Shown here piece after piece: positions 1-1,211 of a stretch of DNA of 1,211 bases. Made by a program: the position numbers and the translations under genes. The notes below the pieces were generated by a model. It was not told where the DNA came from. It did not search any database and saw nothing but the letters and a program-made list of their open reading frames with translations. The DNA is from Naegleria gruberi. Taxonomy: Eukaryota. The stretch lies in the NCBI GenBank assembly GCA_000004985.1, contig GG739498.1; one strand, written 5' to 3'. Positions within the stretch are counted from its first letter, which is position 1; each line of letters begins with the position of its first letter.

Positions 1-453
1 ATCCAAACAAGGTAGATGCAATCTACTATGTGATTTGGATCAAAGGCTGCAACTATTTCAATGGTCAAACTGATTCCATTGCTTATTGTCAAAGCTCTTA
101 ACAATAGCATTGTATACAATTTATTCTCTCATCAAAACATTAAGAAAACTACGAATCCATCAGCAAATAGCACACGAGGCATCATTCATCATGATACTGT
201 AACACAGAAAAGCACGTAGTAGTAGTACTAACACACAACAAAGAATTGGTTGACTATTTTAAAATCCAATACACACTCATCAATTCTTCTCTTTAAAACA
301 ATATAACACTCTAAGACTTGCAAAAACTTTGAAATAGTTTCAAATTGAACTAGTGCTGTAAGGGAAAATTGAAGAACATTAAACTTATAACTCCACAAGT
401 AACCTTGTATCTGAAACTCCTTTTTTTTATCCGATTCTTCGATCATCCAGTTC
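1..453 (+). promoter_or_regulatory. Non-coding 5' flank / putative promoter and 5' UTR of the cathepsin B-like gene
   Basis: No + strand ORF of any length; stops in all + frames. AT- and A/C-rich on the + strand (acacacaacaaag, atacacactcatc). No convincing TATA box; weak TATA-like strings near 296-306 (aacaatataac) and 385-392 (cttataac). Transcription start cannot be placed from sequence. Confidence 0.25.
418..450 (+). promoter_or_regulatory. Polypyrimidine tract + CAG: candidate 3' splice acceptor (SL trans-splice site or 5'UTR intron end) 3 nt upstream of the first ATG
   Basis: tccttttttttatccgattcttcgatcatcCAG|ttcATG: a 30-nt T/C-rich run ending in CAG at 448-450, with ATG at 454. This resembles nematode outron/trans-splice acceptors, which usually sit just upstream of the initiator ATG. 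Inference only. Confidence 0.2.
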
Positions 454-735
454 ATGAAATTGTTATCTGAAACCATTCGAAAAAAAATGGCTAAACTTCA
501 ACATCCAACCACCTTGTTGGTGATGGTTGGCTATTTGATAGTCTTTCTATGTAGTTTCTTGTTACTTTCGAATAGTATCACTTGCATGTACGATGATTTT
601 CAACAAAATTCTTGGGATCAAGTTCCTGTTCAAACCAGAGAAATGATTTCGAATATTAATTCACAACCATCAGCATCTTGGCAAGCCGTTGAATATCCTC
701 AATTTAAAGGTAAAAGTTTGGCTGACATGACCAAT
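454..735 (+). CDS. Exon 1 of cathepsin B-like cysteine peptidase (C1A): initiator Met, signal peptide, N-terminal propeptide; ends in phase 0 at donor AAT|gtaagtt
   Basis: ORF from ATG 454. The second in-frame ATG at 487 has the strong context aaaaaaaATGg; the first has a pyrimidine at -3. From Met487 the peptide is MAKLQHP + hydrophobic core TTLLVMVGYLIVFLCSFLLLS + SNS, a classical secretory signal. Downstream, ...NSQPSASWQAVEYPQFKGKSLADMTN resembles the cathepsin B proregion (NxTWQAGHNFYNVDMSYLK). Exon ends at 735, immediately before gtaagtt (736-742). The true start may be 487. Confidence 0.6.
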
Positions 736-779
736 GTAAGTTGTCAAAAGTTTTATTTCATTAAACAGTACTTTGACAG
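736..779 (+). other. Intron 1 (44 nt), gtaagtt...ttgacag, phase 0
   Basis: Donor gtaagtt at 736. Frame 1 runs into a stop at 793-795 with no homology after the donor. The first acceptor AG that restores the CGSCW frame in phase 0 is gacAG at 778-779, so exon 2 starts at 780. The nearer AG at 767-768 (aaacag) puts TGA in frame at 774-776. Confidence 0.5.
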
Positions 780-986
780 TTACTTGGTGCTTTGAATGTC
801 AATGAAAACGATTTGAAAGGAGAAGTCATGGATAAAGATAATAGCACTAACACTCCTTTGAGCGATTCAAGATATTTAACAATTTTACGTTTGCAAGATT
901 TTCCAACTCAATTCGATGCTAGAGAACAATGGCCACAATGCATTAGATCGATTAAAAATCAAAAGAATTGTGGATCTTGTTGGGCA
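780..986 (+). CDS. Exon 2: C-terminal propeptide, propeptide/mature junction ([10 protein letters not shown]), oxyanion-hole Gln and catalytic Cys (CGSCWA); ends in phase 0
   Basis: Translation: [69 protein letters not shown]. Human cathepsin B has [31 protein letters not shown]. Oxyanion-hole Gln codon CAA at 960-962 in NQKNCGSCW. Catalytic Cys codon TGT at 978-980. Cys equivalents of C14 and C26 are present. N-glycosylation sequon NST at 840-848. Exon ends GCA|gtaagtt, with the donor at 987. Confidence 0.7.
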
Positions 987-1033
987 GTAAGTTAATCTTG
1001 ATGAATTTATGTGGATAATTGGATCATGAATAG
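987..1033 (+). other. Intron 2a (47 nt), gtaagtt...gaatag
   Basis: Donor gtaagtt at 987-993; the ORF reading through hits TAA at 993-995. Acceptor tAG at 1032-1033 directly precedes the 6-nt micro-exon. Its length of 47 nt matches the other introns (44, 46 nt). Confidence 0.5.
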
Positions 1034-1039
1034 TTTTCT
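1034..1039 (+). CDS. 6-nt micro-exon TTTTCT (Phe-Ser) completing the conserved CGSCWAF motif
   Basis: tag|TTTTCT|gtaagtt: acceptor AG at 1032-1033, donor gtaagtt at 1040-1046, identical to the gene's other donors. Including it gives CWA-FS-ASSVLADRFCI, with 12 residues between Trp30 and Cys43 exactly as in human cathepsin B ([16 protein letters not shown]). Skipping it leaves a 2-residue deletion and loses the near-invariant Phe after CWA. Phase 0 on both sides, so either model stays in frame. Confidence 0.5.
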
Positions 1040-1085
1040 GTAAGTTGTTTTAATTGTGTGGTTGGTTGACTAGAAATCTCAATAG
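1040..1085 (+). other. Intron 2b (46 nt), gtaagtt...tcaatag
   Basis: Donor gtaagtt at 1040-1046. An in-frame TAG at 1083-1085 rules out any earlier exon start. Acceptor aatAG at 1084-1085. Contains ttgac 16 nt from the 3' end, and intron 1 has ttgac 2 nt before its AG. Confidence 0.55.
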
Positions 1086-1197
1086 GCAAGTAGTGTTTTG
1101 GCTGATAGATTTTGTATTAAGAGTGGAGGAAAGGTTAATGTCGATCTTTCTCCTCAATTCATGGTTTCATGCAGTGGACAAAACAATGGATGTAATG
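1086..1197 (+). CDS. Exon 3: mature-domain segment ASSVLADRFCIKSGGKVNVDLSPQFMVSCSGQNNGCNG(G); ends in phase 1 at G|gtaagtag
   Basis: Translation aligns residue-for-residue with human cathepsin B 34-73 ([41 protein letters not shown]). The DRxCI Cys (C43 equivalent, TGT 1113-1115), the C62 equivalent (TGC 1170-1172) and the C71 equivalent in GCNG (TGT 1191-1193) are all present. Donor gtaagt at 1198-1203 splits the Gly codon after CN-G. Confidence 0.75.
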
Positions 1198-1211
1198 GTA
1201 AGTAGTTACAA
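1198..1211 (+). other. Start of intron 3 (gtaagtagttacaa...), gene continues beyond window
   Basis: The strong donor gtaagt follows AAT G. The occluding loop, the catalytic His and Asn, and the rest of the mature domain must lie downstream of this window. Confidence 0.6.

Noticed and set aside
228-476. 82-aa ORF on the minus strand (MVSDNNFMNWMIEESDKKKEF...)
   Set aside because: No recognisable motifs and low-complexity composition. It lies antisense across the 5' flank and start codon of the protease gene. It is most likely a chance ORF in AT-rich DNA.
792-794. 'Met' start of supplied ORF 792..995
   Set aside because: The codon is TTG (Leu) in the middle of exon 2, so it is not an initiation site in a eukaryotic gene.
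736-795. C-terminal tail of supplied ORF 454..795 ([19 protein letters not shown]) and its NVS sequon
   Set aside because: It begins exactly at a gtaagtt donor and has no homology. It is intron read-through, not coding.
713-819. Alternative intron 1 model: donor AAAG|gtaaaag (713) to acceptor gaaAG|G (819), 107 nt, phase 1
   Set aside because: It would give a propeptide of near-human length, but the donor is weaker than the perfect gtaagtt at 736 and the intron would be more than twice the size of the others. The retained segment KSLADMTNLLGA also aligns plausibly to the cathepsin B proregion (NVDMSYLKRLCG). Kept as a lower-probability alternative.
816-830. Shine-Dalgarno-like aAGGAGaagtcATG that would suggest a bacterial gene starting at ATG 828 (MDKDNSTN...)
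   Set aside because: The ATG is internal to the propeptide exon of a gene that clearly has GT-AG introns and a signal peptide or propeptide upstream. The upstream protein homology is continuous in the same frame, so the prokaryotic reading is coincidental.
987-1085. Single 99-nt intron joining CWA directly to ASSV
   Set aside because: It is canonical GT-AG and in frame, so it may exist as a micro-exon-skipped isoform. However it deletes the near-invariant Phe and shortens the active-site helix by two residues, and the internal tag|TTTTCT|gtaagtt configuration is too good a fit to ignore.
1-1211. Searched for CRISPR repeats, IS or transposon inverted repeats, tRNA or rRNA genes, and a novel prokaryotic defence or mobile system
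   Set aside because: There are no direct repeats of 24 nt or more, no terminal inverted repeats, no tRNA-like cloverleaf and no operon-like ORF packing. The window is one fragment of an ordinary eukaryotic protease gene.

Overview
This window is eukaryotic DNA (about 33% GC, three splice donors that are all gtaagt, introns of 44-47 nt), not a prokaryotic locus. It carries the 5' portion of one spliced + strand gene for a cathepsin B-like papain-family (C1A) cysteine peptidase. The sequence shows a signal peptide, a long propeptide, the [10 protein letters not shown] start of the mature enzyme, the oxyanion-hole Gln, and the catalytic Cys in CGSCWA. It also shows the DRFCI and GCNG(G) motifs. 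Best model: exon 1 is 454(or 487)..735, intron 736..779, exon 2 is 780..986, intron 987..1033, a 6-nt micro-exon at 1034..1039 (Phe-Ser, restoring the near-invariant CGSCWAF), intron 1040..1085, exon 3 is 1086..1197, then a donor at 1198 with the gene continuing past the window. The supplied ORFs are artefacts of reading across introns: ORF2 starts at a TTG, its N-terminus is internal exon, and its C-terminal 'VS'+stop is intron. Positions 1..453 are AT/AC-rich non-coding 5' flank. A pyrimidine tract plus CAG lies immediately before the first ATG and may be a trans-splice or 5'UTR-intron acceptor. There is no CRISPR array, mobile element or RNA gene. The taxon cannot be assigned from the sequence; the short-intron architecture fits a nematode or flatworm-like invertebrate, or another AT-rich compact eukaryote. 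Nothing here points to a new multi-gene system. The points worth checking are the micro-exon, the expanded Asn/Asp-rich propeptide and the loss of one conserved disulfide.
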